Origin: Candidatus Latescibacterota bacterium
GTDB lineage: Bacteria; Latescibacterota; UBA2968; UBA8231
NCBI GenBank assembly: GCA_965197905.1
Contig: CBDAOB010000005.1
Location: forward strand, 2,208,001-2,272,000
DNA: 64,000 bases
Reading direction: 5' to 3'
Positions within the stretch are counted from its first letter, which is position 1. Each line of letters starts with the position of its first letter. The notes beneath the pieces were generated by a model, which saw only the letters and a program-made list of their open reading frames with translations, did not search any database and was not told the DNA's origin. This document shows positions 1-11,800 of the stretch, piece after piece. The position numbers were made by a program, and so were the translations under genes.

Positions 1-2896
1 CGGCCACAACGCTGAAGAGATCGATCCGCTCAAAAAGCCGCTCGCTTATTTGAGTGCCTTCGCGTACCACGACGCTGTCGTCTTCCGGGCTGCGCAACCG
101 ACCAAGCCTGTGGCCACTGAGCAACTCCTCGAGTTGGCGTTCCAACTCGCGCCGCAACTCTTGGGACTTCTGCTCGGCTTCGACCCTCAGCTCGGCCACG
201 GCGTTCTTCTCCCGCTTGCGCGACCCTTCACTGCGTTCCTTGCGCGAGAAAACCCGCCGATCGATGACCACTCCCTCCATTCCAGGGGGAGCCTTGAGGG
301 AAGCGTCGCGCACATCGCCCGCCTTTTCGCCAAAAATGGCCCGCAGCAAGCGCTCTTCGGGAGACAGCTCTGTCTCGCCTTTGGGCGTTACCTTGCCCAC
401 GAGAATGTCGCCCGGAGCAACCTCTGCGCCGATGCGAATGATACCCTCTTCGTCGAGGTTGCGGACGGCGACCTCACTGACGTTGGGAATCTCCCGTGTG
501 ATTTCCTCCTGACCCCGTTTGGTGTCGCGAACCTGGAGTTCGAACTCTTCGATGTGGACGGATGTGAAGATGTCGTTCTTCAGCAAACGCTCACTTATGA
601 CGATGGCATCCTCGAAGTTGTAGCCGTTCCACGGCATGAACGCCACCAGCACGTTCATGCCCAGCGCCAGATCGCCGTGTTCGGTAGCGGGGCCGTCGGC
701 CAGCACATCGCCGGTCAACACTTTGTCGCCCCGCATTACCATGGGGCGCTGGTTGATGCAGCAATCCTGATTGGAGCGACTGAATTTGACGAGTTTGTAT
801 TCGTCTTGGTCCGCCGTGTCGAGGGGGGTCAGCGGGGTGCTTCGCTTCTTGTCGCGACGGACCACGATTCGATCCGCCTCTACGGAGATTACCTCACCCG
901 GGTTTCGTGCCAACACGAGCGCCCCGGAATCTCGAGCGACCTTGGACTCCATGCCCGTTCCAACTCGCGGAGCCTGGGGGAAGAGTAGTGGCACGGCTTG
1001 GCGCTGCATGTTCGAACCCATCAGAGCCCGGTTGGCATCGTCGTGCTCGAGGAAGGGGATCAAGGCTGCTGCCGCACTCACTAACTGTTTGGGAGAGACG
1101 TCCATGTACTGGACCTCGTCGGGGGTAACCATCGGATAGTCGTCGCGGCTGCGTGCCGCTACCAGGTCATTGACGAAATTGCCTTTGTCGTCCAGCGGCT
1201 CGTTGGCCTGGGCGATGGTGTATCGATCCTCCTGATCGGCCGTGAGAAACTCGATCTCGTTGGTAACCTTGCCATTGACGACGGCGCGGTACGGGGTTTC
1301 CACGAAACCGAAAGCATTCACCCGAGCGTAGGTGCTCAATGAGGAGATAAGACCGATGTTCGGCCCTTCCGGGGTTTCGACGGGACAAATGCGGCCGTAA
1401 TGAGTGTAGTGCACATCGCGAACCTCGAAACCGGCTCGGTCTCGGCTCAATCCACCCGGTCCGAGGGCGCTTAGCCGCCTCTTGTGAGTGAGTTCATCGA
1501 GGGGATTGGTCTGCTGCATGAACTGGGAAAGCTGACTGCTTCCAAAGAAGGCTTGCACGACGGTGGAGACCGTCCGGGCGTTGACCAGGTCATGCGGCGT
1601 CAGCTGTTCGTCGTCGCGCAGACTCATCCGCTCGCGGATCGTGCGAGACATGCGCGTCAATCCGATACTGAACTGATTGGCTAGCAACTCGCCGACGAGC
1701 CTAACTCGCCGATTTCCAAGGTGATCGATATCGTCGGTGTTGCCCTGGCCGACCCTTAGAAGCAGCAGATACCTGATGATCGCGGTGAAATCTTCGACGT
1801 GGAGAATCGTGCTTTCGAACGGAATCCCCACATCCAATCTGCTATTGATCCTGTAACGACCCACATCCCCCAGATTATACCGTTTAGGATTGAAGAAAAG
1901 CCGCTCCAGAAGACCTCGGGCGGTCTCGATGTTTGGTGGATCCCCGGGACGCAGGAGGTTGTAGATGCGCGTAAGGGCCTCTTCTTCGTCCTCGCTCGGA
2001 TCTTTGTTGAGTGTGTTTTCCATGACACCGGGGTCGCTGCCTTCCGGCGCGGCGAGCACCTTCAGCTTCTTGAACCTGGCCTTCTTTAGGGCTTCGACAT
2101 GCTCCTGAGTTATCGTGTCGTAGGCACCCAGAATGACCTCACCCGTCTTCTTGTCGATGATATCCTGCCCAGCATTAATCCTATCAGCGATCTCCTCGTC
2201 GATCACAGCATCCGCATCCTCGCGGAAAAGGGATAGAATCTCCCCATTTTTGGAGAACCCAAGGGCGCGCAGCAACAAGCTGACGGGGAGTTTTCGCCTG
2301 CGATCGATATGGACATACATGATATCGTTGATGTCCATGCTGAACTCCAACCAAGGACCCTTGTAGGGGAGAATCCTGGCGGAGAGCAGGCGCTTCCCAT
2401 TCGGGTGCATCGTCTCGTCGAAGAAGACGCCAGGCGACCTGTGCAGCTGACTGACGACCACTCGCTCAGCCCCGTTGACGATGAAGGTTCCCTGATCCGT
2501 CATCAGCGGCAGCTCACCCAGAAAAACCGACTGTTCCACCACGTCTTTTATCGGCTTATCTGGGCTCTCTTTGTCGCGACTGACCAGTCGAAGCGTCGCC
2601 CGCAACGGGGCGGCAAACGTCATGCCGCGCTCGCGACACTCCTCCTGACTGTAACGCGGGTTACCTATGGAATAATCGACGTACTCGAGGGAATGGATTC
2701 CGTGAACATCCGCTACCGGAAAGATGCTTTCAAAGACCAGGTGGAGACCTCTGTTCTTGCGTTTGCTCGGCGGTAGATCCAGCTGCAGGAACGACTCGTA
2801 GGAATCGATCTGGATGGAGAGAAGATTCGGCATTTCCACCACTTCCGCGATCTTGCCGAAACTGTGACGCTGGGTACGGCCATTGTTAGCAGCCAA
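1..2896 (-). CDS. rpoB: DNA-directed RNA polymerase subunit beta (runs off the left edge, 3' partial)
   Basis: Hand translation from TTG at 2896 (AAGGAG RBS 8 nt upstream) gives [29 protein letters not shown]; internal motifs include [34 protein letters not shown] and [25 protein letters not shown]. Follows rplL. Absent from the ORF track because it has no stop in the window. Confidence 0.98.
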   Translation of the reverse strand, partial: MAANNGRTQRHSFGKIAEVVEMPNLLSIQIDSYESFLQLDLPPSKRKNRGLHLVFESIFPVADVHGIHSLEYVDYSIGNPRYSQEECRERGMTFAAPLRATLRLVSRDKESPDKPIKDVVEQSVFLGELPLMTDQGTFIVNGAERVVVSQLHRSPGVFFDETMHPNGKRLLSARILPYKGPWLEFSMDINDIMYVHIDRRRKLPVSLLLRALGFSKNGEILSLFREDADAVIDEEIADRINAGQDIIDKKTGEVILGAYDTITQEHVEALKKARFKKLKVLAAPEGSDPGVMENTLNKDPSEDEEEALTRIYNLLRPGDPPNIETARGLLERLFFNPKRYNLGDVGRYRINSRLDVGIPFESTILHVEDFTAIIRYLLLLRVGQGNTDDIDHLGNRRVRLVGELLANQFSIGLTRMSRTIRERMSLRDDEQLTPHDLVNARTVSTVVQAFFGSSQLSQFMQQTNPLDELTHKRRLSALGPGGLSRDRAGFEVRDVHYTHYGRICPVETPEGPNIGLISSLSTYARVNAFGFVETPYRAVVNGKVTNEIEFLTADQEDRYTIAQANEPLDDKGNFVNDLVAARSRDDYPMVTPDEVQYMDVSPKQLVSAAAALIPFLEHDDANRALMGSNMQRQAVPLLFPQAPRVGTGMESKVARDSGALVLARNPGEVISVEADRIVVRRDKKRSTPLTPLDTADQDEYKLVKFSRSNQDCCINQRPMVMRGDKVLTGDVLADGPATEHGDLALGMNVLVAFMPWNGYNFEDAIVISERLLKNDIFTSVHIEEFELQVRDTKRGQEEITREIPNVSEVAVRNLDEEGIIRIGAEVAPGDILVGKVTPKGETELSPEERLLRAIFGEKAGDVRDASLKAPPGMEGVVIDRRVFSRKERSEGSRKREKNAVAELRVEAEQKSQELRRELERQLEELLSGHRLGRLRSPEDDSVVVREGTQISERLFERIDLFSVVA

Positions 2897-2931
2897 CTGT
2901 ATAGCTCCTTACTGTTCGCTCAGTTCAAGGC

Positions 2932-2987
2932 AAAAGCCCATGGATTGGCGTGCTGATCCGCCTTCGGGGACAGCGATCCATGAGCTT
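2932..2987 (-). promoter_or_regulatory. Stem-loop with short U-tract in the rplL-rpoB spacer (attenuator-like)
   Basis: Minus strand AAGCTCATGGATCG...CAATCCATGGGCTTTT pairs as an imperfect stem; an attenuator at this position is known in E. coli. Confidence 0.45.
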
Positions 2988-3072
2988 CGCGACAGTGCCA
3001 GTTGATGTTGCTGGATGTGGGAAGGTAGAAGTATCTGTCAAAGTGCAGTGGTCTGCGCTAGGCGCATGGCAC

Positions 3073-3474
3073 TTATTTGATCTCCACAGACGCACCCGCG
3101 TCCTGCAGGCGATTCTGAATGTCCTCTGCCTCTTGTTTGGTCACCCCTTCCTTGACCGGATTCGGGGCGTCGTCTACGAGGGCTTTCGCTTCCTTGAGCC
3201 CGAGACTGGTGATCTCGCGGACCACCTTGATTACCTGGATCTTTTTCTCTCCCACTCCGGTCAAAACGACATCGAACGAGTCCTTTTCCTCTTCCGCGGC
3301 ACCATCGTCACCAGCGCCAGCCATGGCCCCAGCCATCATTACCGGCGCAGCAGCGGAAACTCCGAACTTGTCTTCGAGCGCTTTGACCAGCTCGGCGAGC
3401 TCTAGAACCGACAGCCCGCCGATGGTTTCAATGAGCTCACCAACCTTGGCGCTCGGTGCTATTTCTTCGGTCAT
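3073..3474 (-). CDS. rplL: 50S ribosomal protein L7/L12
   Basis: [24 protein letters not shown]...[24 protein letters not shown]; start set to the ATG at 3474 behind GGAGA. Confidence 0.98.
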   Translation of the reverse strand: MTEEIAPSAKVGELIETIGGLSVLELAELVKALEDKFGVSAAAPVMMAGAMAGAGDDGAAEEEKDSFDVVLTGVGEKKIQVIKVVREITSLGLKEAKALVDDAPNPVKEGVTKQEAEDIQNRLQDAGASVEIK

Positions 3475-3520
3475 CTTCTTGTCTCCCAATAAATGGTAAC
3501 GTCAAATTTCTGGTGATATC

Positions 3521-4051
3521 TTAGGCGGCATCGGCGCCGGCTTGCTTTTCCTGCACTGCTGCCAATACGCCAACGAGATTTCTAAGTAGCCCGTTCAAAA
3601 CCAAGGCGAGGCCAGAAAGCGGACTCTGCACGGTGCAGACGAGCTTGCCCAGCAACTCCTGGTGGGACGGAAGTGAGGCAATCTCCACGACCTTGTCGGC
3701 GGTGAGAAACTCACCCTCAAACAATCCCATTTTGATCGCAATCTTGCCATCGGCGCCGGCATACTCTTGGAGAATTTTCGCGGATGCGATCGGGTCATCT
3801 GCGGCAAATGCCATCGCCGTAGGACCGGTCAAATGTTCAATCAGGCCATCTAGCCCGGCTGCTTCCGCCGCCAGCTTGGCCAGCCGGTTCTTGACCACCT
3901 TGTAATCCACAGACGCGGCCCGCAGCTTCTGGCGCATCTCCGTCACCGTTTCCACATCCATGCCGGTGAAATCGGCGAGGAAGATCGCCTTGGCGCCGTT
4001 CATGGATTCGGTGAGCTCGGCGACGCTCTGTTTCTTTTCGTCAGTCGACAT
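3521..4051 (-). CDS. rplJ: 50S ribosomal protein L10
   Basis: ADFTGMDV...[10 protein letters not shown]...GPTAMAF; lies between rplA and rplL. Confidence 0.97.
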   Translation of the reverse strand: MSTDEKKQSVAELTESMNGAKAIFLADFTGMDVETVTEMRQKLRAASVDYKVVKNRLAKLAAEAAGLDGLIEHLTGPTAMAFAADDPIASAKILQEYAGADGKIAIKMGLFEGEFLTADKVVEIASLPSHQELLGKLVCTVQSPLSGLALVLNGLLRNLVGVLAAVQEKQAGADAA

Positions 4052-4074
4052 CCGTTTGCCCTATTTCAGATTGA

Positions 4075-4773
4075 TCAGAGGGCCAGGGCCGAGCGATCTA
4101 CGCGAATTCCCGGACCCATGGTTGAAGACAGTATCATGCGGTGCACGTATTGCCCTTTTGCCGCTGCAGGCTTCGCGCGCATGATTGCATCGGTAAACGC
4201 CCTGGCGTTCTCCACGAGAGCGCCCGCTTCGAAGGAGAGCTTGCCGATGGGCGCGTGGGCATTGTTGCCCGACTTGCTATCGGCCCGAAACTCTATTCGG
4301 CCCGCCTTGGCATCACTCACGGCCTGCGCGACTTCGCGCGTGACGGTGCCCGTTTTAGGATTCGGCATCAAACCGCGCGGACCTAAAACGCGCCCGAGCT
4401 TGCCCACCTGCCCCATCATGTCAGGAGAAGCAATAACAACATCGAATTCGAGCCAGCCTCCCTGCACTTTTTCAACCAGGTCGGCGCCGCCAACAACATC
4501 GGCCCCCGCTTCGGTGGCCGCAGCCTCGAGGTCGCCCTGAGTAAAGACCAACACGCGAACCGTCTTGCCCGTACCGTGGGGCAGCATGACCGTACCGCGC
4601 AGAATCTGATCGGCGTGACGTCCGTCTATCCCCAAGTGAAAGGAGAGTTCGACAGTTTCGTCGATCTTGCGCTGGGGAAACTTCTTCAGAATACCAATGG
4701 CATCCTCCAGGCTGTACGACTTGCCACGGTCGAATTCAGCCAGCGCGTCCTTATACTTCTTGCCTCGTGCCAT
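4075..4773 (-). CDS. rplA: 50S ribosomal protein L1
   Basis: DETVEL...[12 protein letters not shown]...[15 protein letters not shown]...SSTMGPG. Confidence 0.98.
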   Translation of the reverse strand: MARGKKYKDALAEFDRGKSYSLEDAIGILKKFPQRKIDETVELSFHLGIDGRHADQILRGTVMLPHGTGKTVRVLVFTQGDLEAAATEAGADVVGGADLVEKVQGGWLEFDVVIASPDMMGQVGKLGRVLGPRGLMPNPKTGTVTREVAQAVSDAKAGRIEFRADSKSGNNAHAPIGKLSFEAGALVENARAFTDAIMRAKPAAAKGQYVHRMILSSTMGPGIRVDRSALAL

Positions 4774-4794
4774 CGAACAATTCTCCGTTTTACC

Positions 4795-5220
4795 TCAGGA
4801 ATCGACGAGAAGGCCCATACTGCGGGCCGTGCCCGCGATCATGGACATGGCCGATTCAATGGAACTGGCGTTGAGATCCTCCATTTTCTGCTCGGCGATT
4901 TCGCGTAGTTGGCCAGAGTTTACAGTGCCCACCTTGACCGTGTTGGGTTCTCCCGAACCTTTTTCCAGCCCCGCCGCACGTTTCAACAAGACGGCTGCCG
5001 GAGGAGTTTTCGTGATGAAAGAAAACGTCCGGTCGGCGTAGACCGAGATGACGACCGGTATTATCAAGCCCGTCCGGTCTTGGGTCTGAGCATTAAACGC
5101 CTTGCAGAATTCCATTATGTTGACGCCATGCTGGCCCAACGCTGGACCCACTGGCGGGGTCGGATTGGCCGAACCAGCCGGCACGTGGAGTTTTATGGTC
5201 GCGATCTCTTTTCTGGCCAT
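4795..5220 (-). CDS. rplK: 50S ribosomal protein L11
   Basis: [30 protein letters not shown]...GTARSMG; start at MARKEIA. Confidence 0.98.
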   Translation of the reverse strand: MARKEIATIKLHVPAGSANPTPPVGPALGQHGVNIMEFCKAFNAQTQDRTGLIIPVVISVYADRTFSFITKTPPAAVLLKRAAGLEKGSGEPNTVKVGTVNSGQLREIAEQKMEDLNASSIESAMSMIAGTARSMGLLVDS

Positions 5221-5236
5221 TTCTGTGGTCCGTCGC

Positions 5237-5782
5237 TTAGGCGGTCGATTCCTCCGCCGGCTCGACCTGCAGCACGTCGAGCTCAACCGGCGTGCCTCTC
5301 CCGAATATGCTCACCATGATCTTGAGCCTGCGCTTCTCCGGAATCACCTCTTGCACGGTGCCGACGAAATCCTTGAAGGCGCCGTCGTTCACCTTGACTT
5401 GATCGCCGGTCACAAACGGAATGTCGTCCACTTCCTGCGCCTTGCGGCGGTCGATGTGGCCGAGGATATGATCCACCTCTTCCTGGCGCAGTGCCTGCGG
5501 CTTTCGCGCCGGACCGACAAAATTGGTGACCCCAGGTATGTTGGTGACCAGATGCCAGGCGTCCTTCGACATTTCCATCTCGACGAGAACGTAGCTAGGA
5601 AGGAAACGCTTCTTAGAGATCGTCTTCTTTCCACCACGCATTTCGACCACTTCTTCGGTGGGAACTACCACGCTGGCGATCGATTCTTCCGCCTCCGCCG
5701 ACTCGATCAGCGATTCCAAATGAGCCTTCACCTTGTTCTCATGCCCGGAATAGGTGTGTAAGGCGTACCACTTCTTGGCCAT
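5237..5782 (-). CDS. nusG: Transcription termination/antitermination factor NusG
   Basis: [15 protein letters not shown]...PGVTNFVG...[12 protein letters not shown]; the start could also be 5794. Confidence 0.97.
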   Translation of the reverse strand: MAKKWYALHTYSGHENKVKAHLESLIESAEAEESIASVVVPTEEVVEMRGGKKTISKKRFLPSYVLVEMEMSKDAWHLVTNIPGVTNFVGPARKPQALRQEEVDHILGHIDRRKAQEVDDIPFVTGDQVKVNDGAFKDFVGTVQEVIPEKRRLKIMVSIFGRGTPVELDVLQVEPAEESTA

Positions 5783-5876
5783 ATCGAGGCTCACCAGATC
5801 GCGATATTCATATGCTTGGCGCCAGGATTACTGAGCGCAACAAGACAGAAGGGCAGAGTTCTGTCCCCGCGAGATC

Positions 5877-6065
5877 TCAGAAACCAATGACAATTTTCCA
5901 GACCGAGGAAATAGCCAAGTCGAAGAAGAAGAAACAAACGGCGAAGATCGCAGAGAATGCGAGTACCACACCCGTGGAACTCACCAACTCCTCTCGCGTA
6001 GGCCAGCTGACCTTCGAGAATTCAACCCGGACTTCCTTCAAAAAGTTAGTTAGTTTTGCCCACAT
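5877..6065 (-). CDS. secE: Preprotein translocase subunit SecE
   Basis: FLKEVRVEFSKVSWPTREEL plus one TM helix; lies between tRNA-Trp and nusG. Confidence 0.95.
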   Translation of the reverse strand: MWAKLTNFLKEVRVEFSKVSWPTREELVSSTGVVLAFSAIFAVCFFFFDLAISSVWKIVIGF

Positions 6066-6086
6066 TCCCCGACGCTTCGAAGCTAG

Positions 6087-6162
6087 TGGCAGGTCTGACA
6101 GGACTTGAACCTGCAACCCCCGGTTTTGGAGACCGGTGCTCTACCAATTGAGCTACAGACCT
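6087..6162 (-). tRNA. tRNA-Trp (CCA)
   Basis: AGGTCTGTAGCTCAATTGGTAGAGCACCGGTCTCCAAAACCGGGGGTTGCAGGTTCAAGTCCTGTCAGACCTGCCA, 76 nt cloverleaf with encoded CCA end. Confidence 0.97.
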
Positions 6163-6168
6163 AATCCG

Positions 6169-6321
6169 CTACCGAGTTTCTTTGTGATTCTTGTGTTTGC
6201 GGCAGAACCGACAATATTTCTTAAATTCTACCCGCCCCGAATGCAGTCGCCTATTCTTCGTAGCTGAATAGTTTTGTCGGCCGCAAGCCTCGCACTCCAG
6301 CGCAATTTGGTCTCTTGGCAT
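6169..6321 (-). CDS. rpmG: 50S ribosomal protein L33 (zinc-binding form)
   Basis: Hand translation MPRDQIALECEACGRQNYSATKNRRLHSGRVEFKKYCRFCRKHKNHKETR (50 aa) with two CxxC motifs; below the ORF-track length cutoff. Confidence 0.96.
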   Translation of the reverse strand: MPRDQIALECEACGRQNYSATKNRRLHSGRVEFKKYCRFCRKHKNHKETR

Positions 6322-6367
6322 GTCAACTGTACAATATGTATTGTATGCTTGAGATTATTCGGGAAAA

Positions 6368-6443
<76 letters not shown>

Positions 6444-6482
6444 TGCACTGCCAGAGACCAAGTACGACCAGCACTACTCAAA

Positions 6483-6559
6483 TGGAGCGGGAAACGGGAC
6501 TCGAACCCGCGACATCGAGCTTGGAAGGCTCGCGCTCTAGCCAACTGAGCTACTCCCGC
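6483..6559 (-). tRNA. tRNA-Gly (TCC)
   Basis: GCGGGAGTAGCTCAGTTGGCTAGAGCGCGAGCCTTCCAAGCTCGATGTCGCGGGTTCGAGTCCCGTTTCCCGCTCCA. Confidence 0.97.
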
Positions 6560-6598
6560 ATCAACGTCTCGGCGCACCATCTCGCCAACAAACCGCAA

Positions 6599-6627
6599 AA
6601 GATAGGTTAGCCTTGTTCGACTGTCAA
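6599..6627 (-). promoter_or_regulatory. sigma70-type promoter of the tRNA/rpmG/secE/nusG cluster
   Basis: TTGACA-17 nt-TATCTT about 40 nt upstream of tRNA-Gly. Confidence 0.7.
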
Positions 6628-6839
6628 TACTCGCTGTTTTTCGTAGGTTGAGCAATTTGCGGGGTTTATATCGCAACAGTGGTGCCAAGCTGGAGGTCGA
6701 TTCGTCAATCACCAATCCATCCCATCGAGACCGCGTAGCAGGGGGAACAAGCAGCTAGCACACTCCGGAGGTAGCTTCGATTATTCTATATATTACAGCA
6801 CGTTACAACCAATCGGGAAGGTGTCAGCCGACGCTCAGT

Positions 6840-7310
6840 TTATCTCGAGATCTTGAGAATCTTGTAGTGGAGAAGGCCTGCGGGCACCTGAATCTCCACT
6901 TCCTCCCCCTCCATGTGGCCCAACAACCCTTTTCCTATGGGCGAAACGGTTGAAATCTTGCCGGCGTCGAAATCCGCCTCTTCCGGGGCCACCAGCGTGT
7001 AGGTCAGTCCCCGGCCTTTCTTTAGATCTTCGAGCTCGACCGTGGCCCCGATAAAAACCTTGTCGGATGGGATATCCTCGTTCTCGAGGAGCCTTGTTCG
7101 ACTCAGGGTCTCTTCAAGTCTGTGTATTCGATGCTCAACCTGGTGCAGCCGCTCCTTGGCGGCAGCATATTCGGAATTCTCTGAGAGATCGCCGTACTCG
7201 CGGGCTCGCTTGAGGGAGCTGCGGACGCTGGGCCGCTCTTTCAGCTTAAGCTCCTCCAATTCCCCCTGAAGCTTCTCGTAACCCTCGCGGGAAAGATATA
7301 CTTCGCTCAT
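6840..7310 (-). CDS. greA: Transcription elongation factor GreA
   Basis: AREYGDLSENSEYAAAKE...GKISTVSPIGKGLLG...VPAG. Confidence 0.97.
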   Translation of the reverse strand: MSEVYLSREGYEKLQGELEELKLKERPSVRSSLKRAREYGDLSENSEYAAAKERLHQVEHRIHRLEETLSRTRLLENEDIPSDKVFIGATVELEDLKKGRGLTYTLVAPEEADFDAGKISTVSPIGKGLLGHMEGEEVEIQVPAGLLHYKILKISR

Positions 7311-7349
7311 ACTCCTTCTCCTGGCCCTAGTTTGGCCGGGACACCATAC

Positions 7350-7377
7350 AAAAAGCGGAAGCGTCGAGCGCTTCCGC
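7350..7377 (-). terminator. Intrinsic terminator in the greA 5' leader
   Basis: GCGGAAGCG-CTCGA-CGCTTCCGC-TTTTTGT, about 40 nt before the greA ATG. Confidence 0.7.
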
Positions 7378-7392
7378 CGTTAGTTGCTATTT

Positions 7393-7421
7393 AATATAAA
7401 AAAACCGGCCATATCGAGCAA
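7393..7421 (-). promoter_or_regulatory. Putative greA promoter
   Basis: TTGCTC-17 nt-TATATT. Confidence 0.5.
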
Positions 7422-7571
7422 GCTAACGCCGTCTCTGGCAATTTCTGGCAAAGGGACGAAAATTGGCCTTTCCAGGGTTCGCAAGTGCAATATATTATAG
7501 GGATCGTCTGTGCACTATAATCGACCTCCCCTCGTCCAAGCTCTCTCCCCGACGCAAACAGGATCGTCAAT

Positions 7572-8825
7572 ATGCAGGTGCTCCACTTTGCAGACTTGCA
7601 TCTCGGCGTGGAGACCTACGGTCGTATAGATTCCTCCACCGGGCTGCATTCCAGGGTGTTGGATTTCACCAAATCCCTGGCCCATGTCGTCGACAGCGCC
7701 ATCCATCGCAGGGTCGATTTGGTCCTGTTCTCTGGCGACGCCTACAAGAATTGCGACCCGAGTCCTACGCATCAGCGAGAGCTCGCTGAGCAGCTTCGGC
7801 GCCTGTGCAAGGCGCGTATCCCAATGGTTCTGGTCGCGGGAAATCACGATATCCCGGTTGCCTACGGCAAAGCCATATCGTTCGACATCTTCGGCACCCT
7901 GGAATTGGAGGGAATCTCCGTCGTACGGCGTCCAGAGCTGTTGCGAGTGGAGACGGCGAGCGGGCCAGTAGAGTTGGCGGCCCTTCCCTGGCCCACGCGG
8001 CACCTCCTTAAAACCCGGGCTGAATTCAGCGAAAGATCACAGGACGGGGTCCAGAACGCGATCGAGGAGATCTGCCGCAATCAGATCGAGCAGTTCGCGC
8101 GAGAATCGGATCCGGCGGTCCCGACCATTCTCGCCGCCCACATAGCCGCCGCGGAGGCCACCTTCTCAGGGTCGGAGAGACCGGCCGTCATCGGTTCGGA
8201 TCCGACGCTGCTGACCAGTGCCCTCGCCGAGCCGGCGTTCGACTATGTCGCGCTAGGTCACGTTCACAAACACCAGGATTTGAACCACGGAAACGCACCT
8301 CCCGTGGTCTACTCAGGGAGCATCGAACGGGTGGATTTTGGCGAAGAGCGTGACGACAAGGGCTACTGTCTGGTCAACATCGCCACCACCGGGCGAGAGC
8401 GAAGCACGTCCTACGAATTCGTAAAGGTGCCGGCACGACGGTTCTTGACCGTGGATGTGGTAGTGGAAGAGGGGGAAGATCCGACCCGCCGAATCCTGGG
8501 TGCCCTGGAAGGCAAAGAAATCGCCGACGCCGTCCTGCGGGTAAGATGCCGCCTCCCGGAAGGCCCCACCGCGACCATTGATATGGGATTGGTCGGCGCC
8601 GCGGTTCAAACGGCCCATTTTTTCGCCGGGGTGTTTCCGATACGCCCAGCTGCTCAGCGGCAGCGAAGGTCGACGGTAACGGAAGAGATGGGAATGCCGG
8701 AAGCACTAAATCGTTACATCGACAACCTTCCTCAGCTGCGCAGCCAACGCCACCTACTGCTGAAATACGCAGCTCAGATCGAGGCGGATCTATTTGCGGT
8801 CGCAAACGATGAGAGGAACGGCTGA
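7572..8825 (+). CDS. sbcD: Exonuclease SbcCD subunit D (Mre11-like metallophosphoesterase)
   Basis: HFADLHLG, SGDAY, GNHD, ALGHVH and YSGSIERVDFGE motifs; its stop overlaps the sbcC start. Confidence 0.93.
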   Translation: MQVLHFADLHLGVETYGRIDSSTGLHSRVLDFTKSLAHVVDSAIHRRVDLVLFSGDAYKNCDPSPTHQRELAEQLRRLCKARIPMVLVAGNHDIPVAYGKAISFDIFGTLELEGISVVRRPELLRVETASGPVELAALPWPTRHLLKTRAEFSERSQDGVQNAIEEICRNQIEQFARESDPAVPTILAAHIAAAEATFSGSERPAVIGSDPTLLTSALAEPAFDYVALGHVHKHQDLNHGNAPPVVYSGSIERVDFGEERDDKGYCLVNIATTGRERSTSYEFVKVPARRFLTVDVVVEEGEDPTRRILGALEGKEIADAVLRVRCRLPEGPTATIDMGLVGAAVQTAHFFAGVFPIRPAAQRQRRSTVTEEMGMPEALNRYIDNLPQLRSQRHLLLKYAAQIEADLFAVANDERNG

Positions 8826-11800
8826 TGGTCCCCCTTTCCCTTTCGCTACGCAATTTTCTGAGCTACGGCGAGCGCCCCACAGTTTTGGACTTCAGTCAGT
8901 TCGGCGTGGCTTGTCTCAGCGGCGAAAACGGCCACGGAAAATCGGCGTTGCTCGACGCCATTACCTTCGCCTTGTGGGGGGAAGCCCGGAAGGGACGCAG
9001 TGAGCGCAAGCCGGACGAAGGGCTGCTGCGCGCCGGTGCCACGGAAATGAGAGTGGAGTTCTGTTTCGATATAGACGGGGATCGATACCGCATTATCCGC
9101 AGCTACAGAAGAGGAGGCCGGGGTGGTAGCTCCCAGGTGGACCTGCAGATCTACTCACCCGCTCATCGGGCATATCGCTCACTGACCGAGGGCAGTTCCA
9201 ACACGAGGACGCAGGAGCGCATCGGGCAGATTCTGTCCATGGACTACGAAACCTTTATAAATTCAGCGTTTATCGTGCAGGGAAGGATCAACGAATTCAG
9301 CAACAAGGATGCGGGCCAACGAAAACGGATCCTTGGGGAGATTCTCGGACTGAGCCGATATGACCGGATGCAGGAGCAGGCGCGCCAGCGGCTCAGCCGC
9401 GCAAACGGTCTTGTCGACATACTCGAAAAGCGCAGAGTCGAGTTGGACTCTGCCCTGACCGGGTGGGACGAGCTCCAGAGTCAGATGGTGCGCTTGGATG
9501 AAGGTTTGGCGGCCCTCGCCGCTACCATCGAAACGGATGAGAGGAGGCTGCTCGAGGCAAGGACCGGACTCGCTCGACGGGCACAAATGGAACGCCAACG
9601 GGAAACCCTCGTACAGGACAAGAATGAGCTGGAGCGTCGCCGAAGGGAGCTCGTTATCCTGAGTGGTGACCTCAAAACCCAGATCTTGGACGATTCAGTA
9701 CTGATCGGGGCAAGCGAACAGATCGAAGAGCGCTACGCGCGGTATCAACGATTGGACCGCCAGGAGTGCGGACTCAGGGGGGCCGCGGCCAGATATCGAC
9801 AGCTGGAAAGCGAGTACCGCCAGGTGGAGGGCGAGCTTTCGGCGAAGCGGAGGCATGCGGACAAAAACCGTGGGTTCTGTGCAGCGAAGGTGCAATCCTT
9901 GTCTCAACAGCTGGAAATGTTTCGCCAGGCGCTCGGAGCGAGAACCGCTGTTGAAGAGAAATGCGAGGAACTGGCGGTGGCTCGACGTGAAGACGAGTTG
10001 ATGCAATCAAAACGATCGGCTCGCGATCGGCTAGATCGCGAGCAGGAGCGCCTTTCCCAACAGATTGAAATGGAAGTTCGGCGCCTGACCGACAGTGTGG
10101 CCACGATTCGAAAGAGAGAATCTCAGGTCCGCCTCCGGATCCAAACATCCACATCGGTTGAAGAAGAAAAACGACTGCTCGAGCAGCGAATCGGATCCCT
10201 CAAGCAGCTCGAACGGGAACGAGAGAGCATCCGTGAACAGGGCACCGAGCTGCGGTTTCAACTTGCCGCAGCAGAGCGGCAACTGTCTGGCTTGCAGACG
10301 TCGGTCAACGAGATCAGGGAGAAAACTGGCATCCTCGATCGATCCAACGAAGCGAACTGTCCGCTCTGTGGCAGCAAACTAGACGACGAACACGAGCTCC
10401 AACTGAGGAATGAGCTGCAGAAATCCGAGAATGAGCTGCAACTACGCGTCGCCGGCCAAAGCGATGAGTATGACCAGAAGAAGGGCCGCGTTGAGAAGCT
10501 GCGTTCCGAGTTCAAACGACTCGAGGATGCGACCGCACCCATTCGCGAAATCGAAACACGGCTGTCTCAGCTCCGCGCCGAGTTTGCGCAGGCTGCGGAA
10601 GCCCGCAAGGAAGTGGCGGAGTTGGATGGCGAGGCCGTGGAGCTCGAACGTCGACTTGCGTGTGGCGAATTCGGGACCGAGCTGCGAGAGAAATCACGGG
10701 GTGTGGTGGACGAGCATGCCAAGCTGGATTATAGCGAAGCGGAGCATGCGCGCGTAAGAGAGCGAATCACACTTTTGGCGGAAGCCGAAGTTGATGCGGC
10801 TCGCCTGCGCGACGCGGTTGACGGCGAGCGGAAAACGGGGCGGGCGCTAAAGGACGCCACGCAGGAATTGGAGCAAGCCGAAACCGTTCTCGAGCAGGTC
10901 CAGTACGCGGAGTCTGAACAATCCAGACTACAGGAGTTGAAAGGGATGTTGGATCGGCTAGCCTACAATCCCTCCGGGCATGATGAGCTGCGGAAGGATC
11001 TGGATCACCTGAAAGGCGCCGAGCAGGATTACTCCAGGCTGTCCTCGGCGCGGGACCGCAACCAGAATAACACGCGCCAGTTGGAGCGCCGGGGCCAGGA
11101 ACTGAAACTCCTCTGTGCGCGCTTGGAAGCGGTGGCGAAATCCGGGCAGGCACTCGATACCGAACTCCGAGAGATGGCCGATCTGGAGACCGCAGAGAAG
11201 CAGGTCGGCGTCCGGCTTCGGGATAGACGGTTGGAAAGAGAGGGTTTGCTGCAAACTCGGGGTTCGCTGCTCAGCCGCCGCGAGCAGCTGGAAGAGCTGG
11301 GCACGGAACGAGAAACGGTAACGACAGAGATTCGTCGCGTCCGCGAGGAGGCGTGGCTTTGCGGACGCCTGACCGAGGCATTTGGCAGAGACGGAATCCA
11401 AGCGCTGATCATGGAAAACACCCTGCCGGAGATTGAGGACGAAGCGAACGCCATCCTCGCCCGCCTGACGGACAATCGGATTCAGATAACCATTGAATCG
11501 TTGCGTGACTTAAAGAAGGGTGGTACCAAGGAGACGATGGACATCAAGATCGCCGATGAGCTTGGCGAGCGGCCTTACGACCTCTTTTCTGGGGGAGAGA
11601 CCTTCCGCACAGATTTCGCTTTGCGTATAGCGTTGTCTAAGGTTTTGGCGCGCAGGTCAGGGACGCAATTGCGGACCCTGATCGTGGACGAGGGGTTTGG
11701 CACTCAGGACAGCCAAGGCTTGGAGCAGCTGATTCAGGCCATTCAACACATCGGGAAGGATTTCGAGATGGTGCTGGTCGTCACTCACCTCGAACAGCTG

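Noticed and set aside
50..988. 312-aa plus-strand ORF and other ORFs over 1-2900
   Set aside because: Antisense or alternate-frame shadows of rpoB.
6679..6714. Minus-strand sequence ending GGCACCA, like a tRNA 3' end, where Thr/Tyr tRNAs might be expected
   Set aside because: No T-loop or cloverleaf can be built, so a remnant is not supportable.
6781..6810. AT-rich IHF-like strings here and near 38575, 42605 and 60560
   Set aside because: Matches are degenerate and cannot be separated from AT-rich intergenic background by eye.
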